From: Ruditapes philippinarum
Taxonomy: Eukaryota
Length of the DNA: 64,000 nt
Assembly (NCBI RefSeq): GCF_026571515.1
Contig: NW_026865143.1
Span: 1-64,000 of the forward strand
Reading direction: 5' to 3'
The first letter of the stretch is position 1. Each line of letters begins with the position of its first letter. Shown in pieces: positions 12,486 through 25,808 of this stretch. The translations under genes were made by a program, and so were the position numbers. The notes under the pieces are model-generated. The model saw only the letters and a list, made by a program, of their open reading frames with translations, did no database searches and was not told the DNA's origin.

Positions 12486-13545
12486 ACTAGAAATGTGTCC
12501 ATAGGACACAGGTGCCCCCACCGCGCCACTATTCTGTCAATCTTTTTACTAAATCAAGGGAAATAACTCTACAAATATTTGATAAATCCACAAGCGAAAC
12601 CCCAGGTGCAAATCTAAAATATGCTGAGCAACCTGCCCATAAGGTTTAATGACTATGTCCAATCCAAGTTGAAAATTGCAAAAAATTTCTAAGTGAAGGG
12701 TAATAACTCTAAAAATACTAAATAAATCCAGACAAAAATACCTGGTGCACAACTGCACATGCTGATCAATATTTCTGTAAAGTAACATGACTCTAGGTCA
12801 AATACTTTTTGAGTTACGTGCGACACATGTTGAAAATTGCCAAATTTTACTAAGTCGAGGGCAATAACTCTGAAAAAACTAAAAATATCCACATGAAAAT
12901 ACCCAGGTGCACAACTACATATGCTGATCAACATTCCTGTAAAGTTTCATGACTCTAGGTAAAATTCTTTTCGAGTAACGTGCGACACAAGTTGAAAATT
13001 GCAAAATTTTGCTAAGTCAAGGGCAATAACTCTGAAAATACTAAAAATATCCAGATGAAAATACCCAGGTGCACAAAAACACATGCTGATCAACATTTCT
13101 GTAAAGTTTCATGACTCTAGGTCAAATATTTTTTGAGTTACATGCGACACAAGGCTGAAAATTGCAAAATTTTACTAAGTCATGGGCAATAACTCTGAAA
13201 ATACTTAATATATCCAGACGAAAATACCCAGGTGCACAACTACACATGCTGATCAACATTCCTGTAAAGTTTCATGACTCTAGGTCAAAAACTTTTTGAG
13301 TTACATGCGACACAAGTTGAAAATTGCCAAATTTTACTAAGTCAAGGGCAATAACTCTGAAAATACTAAAAATATCCAGATGAAAATACCCAGGTGCACA
13401 ACGACACATGCTGATCAACATTCCTGTAAAGTTTCATGACTCTAGGTCAAATACTTTTTGGGTTACATGCGACACAAAAGTGAACGGACGGACGGACGGA
13501 CAAGGGTAAATCTAAATGCCCGCCACTAAGGTGGGGGCACAAAAA
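12486..13545 (+). mobile_element. non-autonomous Helentron-type element with an internal ~162-bp tandem array
   Basis: Starts aactagaaatgtgtcc. gactctagg recurs about every 162 bp (12789-13438). GGAC microsatellite at 13486-13501 and a terminal hairpin tgcccgccac...gtgggggca. Confidence 0.8.
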
Positions 13546-13602
13546 TATATTAGCATACAATTTGTAGTCAGTCATACATTTATAAGCTTTAAAATAATTT
13601 AT

Positions 13603-13772
13603 CTAAGCTTCACTGTGAAAAATGCCTGTAGCTTAATCGAACCCCTCTCAGAGTCGGCTTTCTGGAATAAACCAGTACTGGTGTCATATAAAGAAACATG
13701 GATGTGACTTAAAATGGTCTCTAACCAACAATTCCTGGGTTGAGAGACAGACACCCAAACAACTAGGCCGCT
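13603..13772 (-). mobile_element. decayed tRNA-headed SINE (V-SINE-like core); related copy at ~17300-17440
   Basis: Minus strand has an A-box-like ggcctagt followed by atgacaccagtactggtt..ccagaaagccgactc. The ccagtactggtgt core is shared with 17338-17350. Confidence 0.45.
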
Positions 13773-14641
13773 ACTTCCCTTAAACATTCTGGCAAGGTTA
13801 AATTTCATAGCAGTGATCCGAACCACTAGGTCACAACTCCTCTTTAAAATTCTGATTCAAGGGCAGATAACTCAGAAGTAAGAATGACGACCCCCCAAGT
13901 TTTTTTGTTTTTTTTTCATGCCAAGTTTAAAGAAATTGTAACAGCTTTAATTTTGCCTATATGTCTATATGAAAACTCCCTAAAACGTCCTTAAATATTC
14001 TGGCAAAGGTTTAAATTCATAGCAGTGAGTTACTACAAGTGACATGAAGTCTAGTCAGAACAGATAATACTAAATATCTTTAAGGACCTAAAATGATATG
14101 AGTATATTCATTGGAGGGACAATAAACACACGAGCACAAATTAAAGCTTTGAAAGAATAGAGTCAATTTAAAAATTTAAATACAAGTACATACACATCAC
14201 AAAACTAAGGCACAGATTCATAATTATAGATTATAAAGTAATGGCCCTTACAACAGTGCAACATCCCTTTAAAAATACTCCACCGAAGTCCCAAAGCCTT
14301 AAACATAAATTTGAATTAAATTTCTTACAAAGATGAGCTACTCGGGTACTTAAAACAAAAAAGACATCCAAAAATAATTAGGAAGTATACCCCAAAATAA
14401 ATTGAAAATCATGTTTTGTTTGCAATTCTTAGCCCAAATCAAGTTATATTTCACAAGTATAACATGATATTAGAAAATATTAAAATAATTTCTCAGAGAG
14501 ATATAACCTATATTTCACTGTAAGGAAACAAACAGCCTCTTTATCTTTAACCTCATGACAGCCTAACACCATTACATTATTCACTTTCAAATAAAACCCA
14601 TGACCACCATTATCTTGTTATTAATTAACTTCGATGTAAAC

Positions 14642-14780
14642 TCATGACCACCAGAGTCGTAAACTGTTGTCAATTTTTGTCGATGTTTCATCGATCTCGA
14701 TGATATCATCATCGTTGTTGAACGAGCGGAAATGTCGTTGTCCAGAGGCTGTAGCTATCACTGGCAAGGTAGGATGTAAA
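14642..14780 (-). CDS. WRAP53: WRAP53 exon 11 (last coding exon)
   Basis: [17 protein letters not shown]...DNSLRLWWS*. Confidence 0.92.
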
Positions 14781-17700
14781 CTGAAATTACAAAGATAGGA
14801 TTCTTGACCAACTTATTGAATTTCCAACAGAAGAAAAGTATACCTGAGATTAATTTTTTTCCTTTGTGTTTCCAAACAATATTCTTGCATAAAAACTGCA
14901 TACAGGTAAACATAATGAGGAAACATGCATTAAGTGATAGATTCTCATGACAATGCGCATTGATGCACTTTTTTTAAATATGCACGACTCGGGGCATAAT
15001 GTAAATACAGCTCTAAGAAATGACAGCTCTGGTGTTTTTATTATCAAAACATTATTGTCAATTGATATCTCACTTGTACAAAGCATGGCGCAAACAATGG
15101 TTTCTTTATACAAAATACAGATAACACAACCCTAAACTAACAATTTAAATGTATACTTATTGCAAATATAGCACTGACATTTTTCGAGCATTAAAATCTA
15201 CAGATACTCTCAAGACTTATTAAATCTCTCCTGTCAGCTACGGCTTAGAACTTAAAACTGAGTCTTCCTGCTTCTGCAGATGTTAATACAGGAAAAGAGG
15301 TGCATTTACCCTCTGTTATAGATGTACGGTGTTGTCTACTTTACAGGAAGCCCTCTATGTATTATTTCTAAACTGTGTGGGCACGTATAGCAACTGCACT
15401 ATTACAACCTAGAGGGATCGGTTGCCCTAATAAATGAAGTTAAAATTCTTAGCCAACTTAAAACCTGAAGGTGTCAGCCACCTTAACATATATATTCCAG
15501 AAGCAATGAAACAGATTTTTAAGCTATTATATCCACTCTTGAGAGGTCTTTTATATCTTAGTTTAAAACAGTTTAGCAGGAGTTTATTCCAGCATGAATT
15601 GCTATATACAACTTTTTTTGTATAACCTTTCGATTTATATTGACTTTGTCCAGATTAATTGGTTACTGGTGAAGGCAGTCTTAAGGGACCACTCTGTGCA
15701 TTATTTTAAAACACAGAGGCGCAAATTAAGTAGAACCGTGGACATACTATCATATGCAAGCTGAATAGATTCTCATTTTTGTTTTTACTTCATAGAATAG
15801 TATATACAATTATAAATTTATTGCACATAAATTATTCAACATACCTAATTCCATTAACTGTATCACTGTGCCCCTCAAATGCCATTACTGGCTGTATAAC
15901 CGGGTCAGAATGTACGTTAAGCTGCACAGGGGCACTGGTAGTATCCCAGATAAGAACAGTGCCATCGTGAGATCCAGACACCAAATATTTACTGTCACTG
16001 TAAAATAAACCATTTACAACATATAACATAATTTTACAGTTCATTATTTCAGGCTCAATAGGGCACCAACCTTCCATTACCTAGGTTAATAGTTTACTCA
16101 CATGAACGAACCCAAAATCCATAATGAGATGAAAACACACAGCGCCAATATGTGAAAGATTTCAAGTTTGAGACCTTAACCATACCCCCTCAGAACCCCC
16201 CTCTGAAGATGTGACTTGATGGTTAGATATATAAATTTGCATACAAAATATTTTACAAAATTAACTTTGAATACTAGCATGAGTAGAACATCCCAGATTT
16301 TTTTCCCCATAGTCAAGTAAAAAATTGTATTAAATTGACTTTGTTAAACACTAGGAACAAAGTAAACATTTCACCTACCTGGTAATATCAAAGTAAATTC
16401 TTTGATTTGTAATTACAGTTCTAAGTACAGAGAATAATATTTGTCCTGGATTTCTCATATCCCAGCATATAATCTCATTGTCCTGAAACGAGAGATAAAT
16501 ATTACATTTATAGATAAAAAGAAAATACAGTCAAATTTGTAAGTTGTAAGATTTTTCAAATGTCAGATTTTTAAATTCTTTTTTTTATTTTTAGTTGGGT
16601 TTTATGCCGACCAACACAAGTTTTCAGATACAAATACAGTCGTTTCCAAAGAATAAAATACATACATCATATTTATTTTTCCATATTTCATACACTATTG
16701 CTTAATTCTTTACATCACAAATGTGTATTAAAGTGATATTAAACTGCCTTTAATTATAAAGAATCTAATACCGTCCATTTTTTTAGATTTTCTTTCAACA
16801 TTTCACAAATGGAAAATAATATAGAGCTGTTTTGGTAGATATAATCTTGAGCTAAAAATATAACAAGTCTACAGTTCTTATTCCAATTTCTTTCCTAATT
16901 TTTCAATATATCATTTTTTGTGTGTGAAAAAGTAACTGTGAAATTGTTTCTGTGCCATCAATTTACCTTTCTACCACCACTGTAGAGTTTTGTACCATCT
17001 GGAGAGAACTTGACCTCAGTGACCCCACCATGTTGACCTTCAAACATACACACCATGGATCCTGCTGGCTCACTGTATAGGGCAACTATGATCAACAGAA
17101 ATAAAAAGAAATGTATAAAATTACCTACTTACAAAAATAGTCTCTTGCTAAGAATTTCTCAATGTTGCTTTACATTTTCAGCAATTATAGACCACCACAG
17201 TCCCAATAAAAATCTGACACATTTTGAGCCAGTGGTAGACTGTTTACTTTAACTTATTTTATCTTTAAGCTTGATTGTCAAAGTTCTTGCAACTTATATT
17301 GATAACTTTCAAGTACTGTACACTTCCCAGAACTAACCAGTACTGGTGTAATATTAGAAAACATGGTTGTGACTCTAGTAAGGCCTGAACTCGGGATCCC
17401 TGGGTTAAGAGGCATACACATTAACTACTAGGCCACTGCTTTCAAAGCCAGAGGTAGGTTACTAAGATGCAGTAAAATTAACAAAATATCTAAGATATTC
17501 ATCATTTAATGATGGTGCTTTATGAAAAAGTAATTTACCTAAGGGTAGGACTAATCATGAACTATGACAATAATTCTCAATTCAAAAAATTTCAAGGGAG
17601 CATAAAAAAGCTAATAAAGAAACAAATTCAAGAACATAACGATTATGAACATTCTTCTCAGGAAAATTAGAAATACTGACATTAAAGGGACTCCACTGAC

Positions 17701-20700
17701 GGTTTCTTTTTTTTGACATGACAGGACTGGAAATATTTTTTTACGAAATGTTTTTACCATTTGATGCTGGTCATTTTTATTGTGCAAAAAGACATACAAA
17801 TGAGAAGCATTTAAATGCTTTTAACTAAAACCAGGCTCAGACTCACACAGAAACATCAATTTTCAATTAGGTTCTGAGTAAATTTCTTTATTATCTATTT
17901 CATATTTGATCTGCATTGTATGCAAGGTTATCAAATTTTATGGGTATATATTTTAGAATGTTTAGCCCTCAGTGGAGCACCTATCATACAGACTGACTTA
18001 CTACTTCTAGAGTATGATCCTGCGGCATACAGGCCTTGCTCTGTTGGACTGTTATCAATACAGGATATAATACCCCTCTGTCCTTCCTTAGCTGAAACAA
18101 TATACTCAGTATATGAATAGCTTTATTAATATATAACTATGTTTCAGATCTAAACAGACTTACACATTTTAAGCCACTTTAACAATAAAATAATTTTTTT
18201 AATTTTCTTTTATTGTTAACACCCCAGTTACACAGAGCTATCGGTGATTGATCGGTAGTTTTTTTAGCCAAATTATGGAGTGAACCGATGACAACGTATC
18301 TATCACCGATATCACCTATTGGTCACCTGTTTTCCACCTATCATCTGCTATTGGGGAAAGATAAGTTTCGTCGGTGAAAAATTACGGATTGAGATTTTTA
18401 AACACGTTTAAAATTCTCGATCGGTGAAAATATTTTAAAAATTACCGATGGCAACCTACATCACGAGATGTGCAAGCTCTTAATCACCGATATCGCCGAT
18501 CGGACAAAGATAATCAAATATGAATCACCGGCCATATCTGAAGGAAAGTGTTTAACCACTGATGACTAGCTATCAAACACCGATTAATCAGCGTTACGCC
18601 CGATTTAGCTCCGATTTACAAATGATAAAAACCAAAAGTATTTCAGCATTCAATCATCGACCCATTCCCGTTTGAGTTTGCTTTCTGTCACCGATGGCCG
18701 TTTACACAGAAAACCTAAAATAAAATCACGCATGACAACCGATCATAGCAGCGAGTAAATTTAAAATTAAATGACCGATTGGGGACCGACCGTCTGTGTA
18801 ACTGGGCCCTAAGTTTTACATCACACCAACATCACACCAACACTGTAAAGGTCATAATTATGGTGACTTTACCAGCTTCACTGGTGTGGGAAGATCTTGT
18901 GTGACCAACCGTGCATTATTTCAGGCAAAAACGGATGCCTGAGTAGAACCACCAACCTTCTGTAAGCTTGTTGCATAGCTATTTAGGCAAGAGCAGGTGC
19001 CCAAGTAAAACTACCTTCCTTCCATATTCAATGTACAAATTTCGTTGTTCAGACGATATAGAATCCAGCTTTTAGTAATAACTTTTTTCCATCCTTGATA
19101 AAAAATTTTACTTTAGTATATGCAAATATAGTACACACCTAATGCTTTTGTGTAACAATTATACATTTTTATCCAATTTTATCCTATTACAAAATGTAAA
19201 CATTTTACTTTATTTTATTATAAGCACTTGGCTACTAGTATAAACGTTTGCCTAAAATGTGAACACCTGTTAAAAATCGTGATTTTGGTGTTACCAAAAG
19301 CAACATATTTGCATAACAAATAGATTATATGCTAAGTAATGCTAATAATTTTATGCTAAAATGGAAAATTAAAAAAAACATACCAAATGTTGGTCTACTT
19401 TCAAAATCTCGTCCTGGTCTTGTAACATCAAACACTCGAATCATCTTGTTGAATCCACAGTATATTTTGTTACCATCAGAACTAAACTTGACACAATGTG
19501 CTGCTACCACTTCATCCTTAATACAAAAAACATCATTTATTACAGACATAACTCAAACATACATGTACAACAGTGAGAGTAACTGATTTCATGTCAACCA
19601 CCTTAACCACTAAGTCACAGAGTCACATAATTATAAGTTATTACTAATCTATATACATGTACATGTAGTTTTAAACAGGGTCAAGACCAATTTAGATAAT
19701 TATAAATTTATAATCATAGGCCCTTTAACTGGTATAAGCTATAAAATCTTAAAATAATATTCTCCCCTTATGATTTTAAGGGTTGAAGCATCAGAATTGC
19801 CGCCACCTTTATTCCTGCGTGATTGTAAGAGGAGATTAAGTGGGTTTGAATTACTGGATTTTATCCATCTCTTAGCTCCAGCAGGTGAGATGGTTTTCAC
19901 ACCTGGTGTTGATTTAAGTTTGTAACACCCAAGGTTAGACAAGATCATCTTTCCTGCTTTGATGTCATATGTTACATATAACCTAAACTGTGTTGGTAGG
20001 CTGTGAAACCAACCAAATAAACAAAGAAACTAACAAAATAACTACACAGATAGGCCAGTGTGTAAGCCATGATACATGCATGATAATATTAGCTAGAAGA
20101 GTGATTCAAAATTACAACAAATTCAATATGTAATAGATTAAAAAATAAAACTATTGTCTTAAAAGTTAAAGTTTCATTTGAAAGCCCCATTTAACAAATT
20201 GATATATTGCATGTTGGCTTTTTTCCCTATTTAGGTGACTTAGTGCATGAAGTGATGCCTGTTGACTACTTCCTGGCCCTCATAGCCAGTAGTCGCTTGC
20301 ACAAGTGTGGATTGTTTAAGTAGAGTTTAAGTCTAGTCGAAAGAGAATCCCACCAATGGTGGGATGTGAACATACAACCTCCATATTAGGAGTGCAATGC
20401 TTAACCCCTACATCACTCTCTCTCTCTGATAATTACCCAGTAGACAATGGTATTACTTAACTTCATATGCAGTATACCTTTGAACACTTTAACCTGTACC
20501 CTTGCTGAGGTTATAGAACTAATAATTTTGTTCTGTTTCAAATTTGTGACTAAATGTTTCTCATCAAAACAATTATTTTTAAATTCATCATTTGTTAAGC
20601 ATTATATAACTTTTCTATTAACTTAACAGTAAAGTAACAGTCATTGAATTTAAGATTTTGAATTTACTGGCCCGAATTCCAGTTTTGTACTTTTTCTACT

Positions 20701-23700
20701 AAATATTTAACTAAATTTTATTAAAATTTACACTGGCCCGAACAAATTTTCACTGGCCATGGGACAACGGGCCAGTGCTAAATTCGATGACTAAAGTAAA
20801 TGTATAAATTGCCTTACCAAATGGTTATAAGCCCTGTAACTGCATCTAATGTCCCCAGTGAAGGCATCATACAGATGAACAGGTGTGTCTTTACTAGTAA
20901 CAGCTAGACTGCAAATAAATCATATTTGATTAAGATCAGTCTTACACTACTGTATAAGTGGTTAATTTTGCGACGCGGAAATATTTGTGACTTTTGCAAA
21001 TTGAAATTATTTGCAAATATTTGATCGCGCAAAAATTATTTCTTTTTAGGCAAACTGTCTTCTATCATTTGAAAACACAACTTCATACAGCATCCTACAT
21101 GAATAAGTTTGACTGTTCTGGTACTAAAATTAATTTTTCTCATTGACTGTTTGTTTAAGTTTGGTCTAAACAAATCACGAATACTTCAATGACAATATAT
21201 ATACATGTTATGATGTATGTTATTTAGGAAATAGATATCAATTCTGAGTGCATTGTTGTAGAATAATGCACGGCTTGAGTTCAAATGCGTAGTAATATAA
21301 TCACGAAGGCCGATAGGCCTTCGTGAAATAATTACAAAGCATTTGAACGAAAAACGTGCATTATTATACAATAATGCACGAAGAATTAATATCTATTTCC
21401 ATTCTAACACGTCAAGAAAAAATATAATTATTATTATAAAGTTGGACTTTATGTTTTGTGGTTAAATTTGTTTTCGCCTCAGAGTTTCCAATAGAAACGT
21501 TCTTTAAAGGCTGTTCCAGTGGGTTGATAAAAACTGTCGTTAAATCTACCGTGTGTAGAAACATTTTGAGAATAACGAATTTTGAAAACGTTGATAAAAC
21601 ATTTTTGTTTATTTTATTTCACTCTATATTTTTTCAAGCGAAATACAAATTATTAAAAGTGAAATAAATGTAAAACTTAACTCGTTTGCGACTTTAAAAT
21701 AGCGTACTTGATTTGATTGTTTTGCATGTGCTGTTTGGCGCTACATTGTGAAGTCATGTAAACAACACTTTAAACGTCTGTACAGTGTTAACGACTGAAT
21801 TAAAGATATTGGTGTTCAGATTCATTTTCTTAGTTAGATCATTTTCTTTCATTCTAGATAGTTTTTACAACAAAATTCGACAAAAAATTGTTTTTTATTT
21901 ATCAGATTTTTCAAACAAAATGACGCCATCAATGTGAAAAACACAGGGAGGTAATAAGAACGGCGAGTGCATTGTTGTAGAATAATGCACGCTTTGGGCC
22001 TTCTTTGTTTATATAGAAAGAATTCCGATAGTGTTAGAATAATGAATCAATATAATGTTAGTAACACAATAGGTTAGTCACATAACTAAAGACTGTTTCA
22101 AAATATGACAAAGGAATGTGTGATCAAGTTCTTTATCAAACTAACAATGTATATATTTCAAACAATCATATAAATAATAACCTGTCCCCAGCAGTAGATC
22201 AATGTTAAAGGCCTGTTTCTAGGGGCAGATCAATGTTAAAGGCCTCTTTCCAGGGGCAGATCAATGTTAAAGGCCTCTTTCCAGGGGCAGATCAATGTTA
22301 AAGGCCTCTTTCCAGGGGTAGATCAATGTTAAAGGCCTCTTTCCAGGGCAGATCAATGTTAAAGGCCTCTTTCCAGTGGTAGATCAATGTTAAAGGCCTC
22401 TTTCCAGGGGTAGATCAATGTTAAAGGCCTCTTTCCAGGGCAGATCAATGTTAAAGGCCTCTTTCCAGGGCAGATCAATGTTAAAGGCCTCTTTCCAGGG
22501 GTAGATCAATGTTAAAGGCCTCTTTCCCAGGGCAGATCAATGTTAAAGGCCTCTTTCCAGGGGTAGATCAATGTTAAAGGCCTCTTTCCAGGGCAGATCA
22601 ATGTAAAGGCCTCTTTCCAGGGGTAGATCAATGTTAAAGGCCTCTTTCCAGGGCAGATCAATGTTAAAGGCCTCTATCCAGGGCAGATCAATGTTAAAGG
22701 CCTCTTTCCAGGGGTAGATCAATGTTAAAGGCTCTTTCCAGGGGTAGATCAATGTGAAAGGCTCTTTCCAGGGGTAGATCAATGTTAAAGGCCTCTTTCC
22801 AGGGGTAGATCAATGTTAAAGGCCTCTTTCCAGGGGTAGATTAATGTTAAAGGCCTCTTTTCAGGGCAGATCAATTTTAAAGGCCTCATTCCAGGGCAGA
22901 TCAATGTTAAAGGCCTCTTTCCAGGGGTAGATCAATGTTAAAGGCCTCTTTCCAGGGCAGATCAATGTTAAAGGCCTCTTTCCAGGGGTAGATCAATGTT
23001 AAAGGCCTCTTTCCAGGGGTAGATCAATGTTAAAGGCCTCTTTCCAGGGGTAGATCAATGTTAAAGGCCTCTTTCCAGGGGTAGATCAATGTTAAAGGCC
23101 TCTTTCCAGGGGTAGATCAATGTTAAAGGCCTCTTTCCAGGGCAGATCAATGTTAAAGGCCTCTTTCCAGGGGCAGATCAATGTTAAAGGCCTCTTTCCT
23201 GGGGTAGATCAATGTTAAAGGCCTCTTTCCAGGGGTAGATCAATGTTAAAGGCCTCTTTCTTGAAGCAAATTGATGCCAAAGGCTTGTTTCAAACAACAA
23301 ATTGACTGTTAATTTACAATTTCTTGAGAATGACAGATATCAATAATTTACCATGCGGTTTCTGGCTGCGATGAAGACATTTGTGGGTACCAGCAGAAGT
23401 CATACACAGTATCAGCTTCCTTCATATTAAGCACTGGTTTCTATATAAGGAAAGGAAACAAAAAGTATACATAACTGTTATAAATAATAAGGAAAGACTG
23501 TTCTGTTGACTAGAAAATTGTTTCTTAACATTTTTGTTAAACATTGGAGGGAGTTGTGATATTACATATGTTATTTTTCTCAGATAGGACAAAGTTTATA
23601 ACCTCCCTTGAAAAAAGTGGGGGTCAACCTGCGAGACATTATTCAGCATAAATGACAAAATATGAAAATAAATAATAATAATAATGAAAAAAAAACCTAC

Positions 23701-25808
23701 ATGTTTTAGGTGAATTGTCCAATTCTTTTGCATGTGTGATGAAAAAAAAGTATTGATATCACACCAATATGAAAATATTTTTTCTCAGCATACAAATTAC
23801 ATATAATTTGGTTTGGGGGAAAATACCCCCCCCCCCCCCAAAAAAAAATAGCAGCCAAGGGCGGTAATAAAATTCATGTAAAAAGCATCAATAATTGCTT
23901 TTAATAATTCAACTTGTTGCATGATTTTTTTTCAAATTTATTTCCAGTCCATATTACTTCAGGTATGAATTTAATCAGAAGGCAAACAACAGGCATTCTC
24001 ATCAAAGGTAGAAGAGAAAGAGTGTGTCAAACATCTTTGACATGCACCCACAGGGCACTGGTTTGGTTGTTTTTGGTGCCGAATATGGGTACCATTCCCC
24101 TCTCAAAATCATATGTATTTTTCCCCTATTTCAGAACACAAATCCCCTCCAAAGTTCAAAATAAAATAACTTAAAGTAATTTGTTTTATTTGTTAGTCTT
24201 CATTAAAAAATATATTAGCTATTGATTTCAATGGTAGGAAAATAATACTGTAATGAGTAAGTGTGAAAAAAAAATACACTAAATACATGTACATAATAAC
24301 ATATAATTCCGAATTTTGCCTTCAAATACTGCAAAATTCCCCTTTCATAGGGTATGGGTACCTGTCCCAAAAAGGTGTCTAGTGCCCTGACCAATTAAAG
24401 TACATTAATAGACACAGATTAATCATCTATATATGGAATTACCAATTCATCTATGATCTTATTTTCTCCACCACTGTAGTACAGCTCATCTGGTAAGTTA
24501 AACAGCTTGAGCTTGTTGTCATTGCTGTTTGTGAGGATGCATGTACCATCTGGAGCCCTGAAATATATCAACAATATCAATAACAATCATAACATTTGTT
24601 ACTATTGAACATGTAATTGTCAGTGTTGACTTTATTATAAACACAAGAATTTACTTCAGGTTGTATACTACTAATACATTAACTTCACTTTAAAGAGTAT
24701 TTAAAGGTCCATAAAGTCTAAATGATTGCCATATTTTTTATTTCGAATCTCAAAAGCTTTTTCATTTTGGTGCCCTGATTTAGTTTCCAAATGCTATTCA
24801 TTGGCCATATAGCCCAAACGTCCAAACTAAATTCATAATTGAAACTAAAGTTTTCTTTCTACACATACCATTTACATCCTCGAAGATAGTTTTTGTTTTC
24901 AGAGTCTTTGAAACATTCCCATGCTCCAGTCAGCTGTCTTGGGGGACCTTTAAACTCAAAAGCAGACAACCTAAAATATAAGATAAAATTATTTCTCTTC
25001 TCTAAGTGCAAGTTAAGCAAAATATTACCCATATGAAGAAATTATCCTGAGAAGTTATTTAAATGGCATTTATTTAGTTATTAATTATTGTTATTAATTA
25101 TTATTTAGTTTGAACTTTAATGATATGTAAAGGTATATAAATAAACCTGAGGAAGCTTTCCATGTCTGTGTCTTTTGAAGGAGCACTTTCTTCAGTCTCT
25201 GGAACTATAACAACATCTGATGATGCATTTGAGTTATCTTTAACTTCAGTGAGGTCAATAGAAATATGATCAGTTTCCAACTTAAGCCTCTTTGCAACTG
25301 GTTGGTCACAATTATGTTCATCCAATGAGCTCATTGAAGTAATTGACTCTATTGCACATTCTTTACTATCCTCTCCTTCATTTGTGAGATCAACAGTTAC
25401 ATCTCCATCACCTATGGGAGGTGATCTTGAGTTTTCTGCACTAGAACCAGATGGAATTGTCACAATATCAACAGAATCAGATTTTGTCAGATCTATACTT
25501 GTAGTTGCTGTAGCTCTAATTTCAGTATTGGCTGAACAATCTGTCTCAGGTATAGTGTTAACGTTTGAAGTTACTTCATCTAAAAGTCTGATAGTAGCTT
25601 CTTTATATTCACTTAATGACAGACCCGCCGACTCGTTTTCTTGTGATGCAGTATCACGTTTTACTAGTTCAACTACCACTTCCTTTGATTCATCCATTGG
25701 TTTACAGTCATCACATTGTAATTGATCACTTTGTGATCCTCTCAATTGCACAACACCGTTGTCAGCACTATTTTCCCCATAGGAATTTGAAGCGTTCTCT
25801 TTTTCCAT
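14642..25808 (-). CDS. WRAP53: telomerase Cajal body protein 1 (WD40 protein WRAP53/TCAB1/WDR79), 11 coding exons, ~598 aa
   Basis: Exons 25808-25147, 24970-24869, 24557-24443, 23440-23352, 20908-20818, 19516-19384, 18091-18002, 17085-16967, 16482-16379, 15997-15845, 14780-14642. All introns are GT-AG with matching phases. Motifs [60 protein letters not shown]. Confidence 0.93.
15845..15997 (-). CDS. WRAP53: WRAP53 exon 10
   Basis: [18 protein letters not shown]...[11 protein letters not shown]. Confidence 0.92.
16379..16482 (-). CDS. WRAP53: WRAP53 exon 9
   Basis: [34 protein letters not shown]. Confidence 0.92.
16967..17085 (-). CDS. WRAP53: WRAP53 exon 8
   Basis: [39 protein letters not shown]. 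Confidence 0.92.
18002..18091 (-). CDS. WRAP53: WRAP53 exon 7
   Basis: [29 protein letters not shown]. Confidence 0.9.
18222..18808. mobile_element. MITE (PIF/Harbinger-like termini) in WRAP53 intron 6
   Basis: TIR cccagttacacaga / tctgtgtaactggg with many internal accgat/atcggt motifs. Confidence 0.65.
18812..18982 (-). mobile_element. decayed copy of the SINE at 30165-30424
   Basis: gtgcattatttcaggca...gagtagaaccaccaaccttc is the reverse complement of the 30270-30325 core. A fainter copy lies at ~15660-15770. Confidence 0.65.
19384..19516 (-). CDS. WRAP53: WRAP53 exon 6
   Basis: [36 protein letters not shown]. Confidence 0.92.
20818..20908 (-). CDS. WRAP53: WRAP53 exon 5
   Basis: [30 protein letters not shown]. 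Confidence 0.92.
21224..22040. mobile_element. non-autonomous element with internal palindrome and offset repeats (Crypton-like architecture)
   Basis: Hairpin tcacgaaggcc-gata-ggccttcgtga. 21227-21272 is inverted at 21355-21400. gagtgcattgttgtagaataatgcacg repeats at 21965. attctaacac / gtgttagaat form an inverted pair. Confidence 0.55.
22197..23260. repeat. 30-31-bp minisatellite, ~35 copies, in WRAP53 intron 4
   Basis: Unit GATCAATGTTAAAGGCCTCTTTCCAGGG(GT/C)A. Confidence 0.97.
23352..23440 (-). CDS. WRAP53: WRAP53 exon 4
   Basis: [29 protein letters not shown]. Confidence 0.92.
24443..24557 (-). CDS. WRAP53: WRAP53 exon 3
   Basis: [26 protein letters not shown]. Confidence 0.92.
24869..24970 (-). 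CDS. WRAP53: WRAP53 exon 2
   Basis: [33 protein letters not shown]. Confidence 0.9.
25147..25808 (-). CDS. WRAP53: WRAP53 exon 1 (acidic, low-complexity N-terminus)
   Basis: Part of ORF 25101..25829. Donor AG|GTTTAT at 25146 is phase 2 and matches exon 2. Confidence 0.8.

Noticed and set aside
10396-14641. 4.2-kb WRAP53 3' UTR ending at an AATAAA near 10400
   Set aside because: Strand composition is compatible, but AATAAA is common in AT-rich DNA. Transcript data are needed.
22197-23260. CRISPR-like array of ~30-bp repeats
   Set aside because: Units are head-to-tail with no unique spacers, inside a eukaryotic intron. It is a minisatellite, and ORF 22543..22782 is its by-product.
24051-24389. 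hAT-type MITE (cagggcact...agtgccctg)
   Set aside because: Only a 9-bp inverted match and no clear TSD, so it is not listed as a feature.
14781-25146. Intronic scaRNA/snoRNA hosted in WRAP53
   Set aside because: No convincing H/ACA or C/D box structure could be identified by eye. The structured intronic segments are better explained as SINE and MITE relics.
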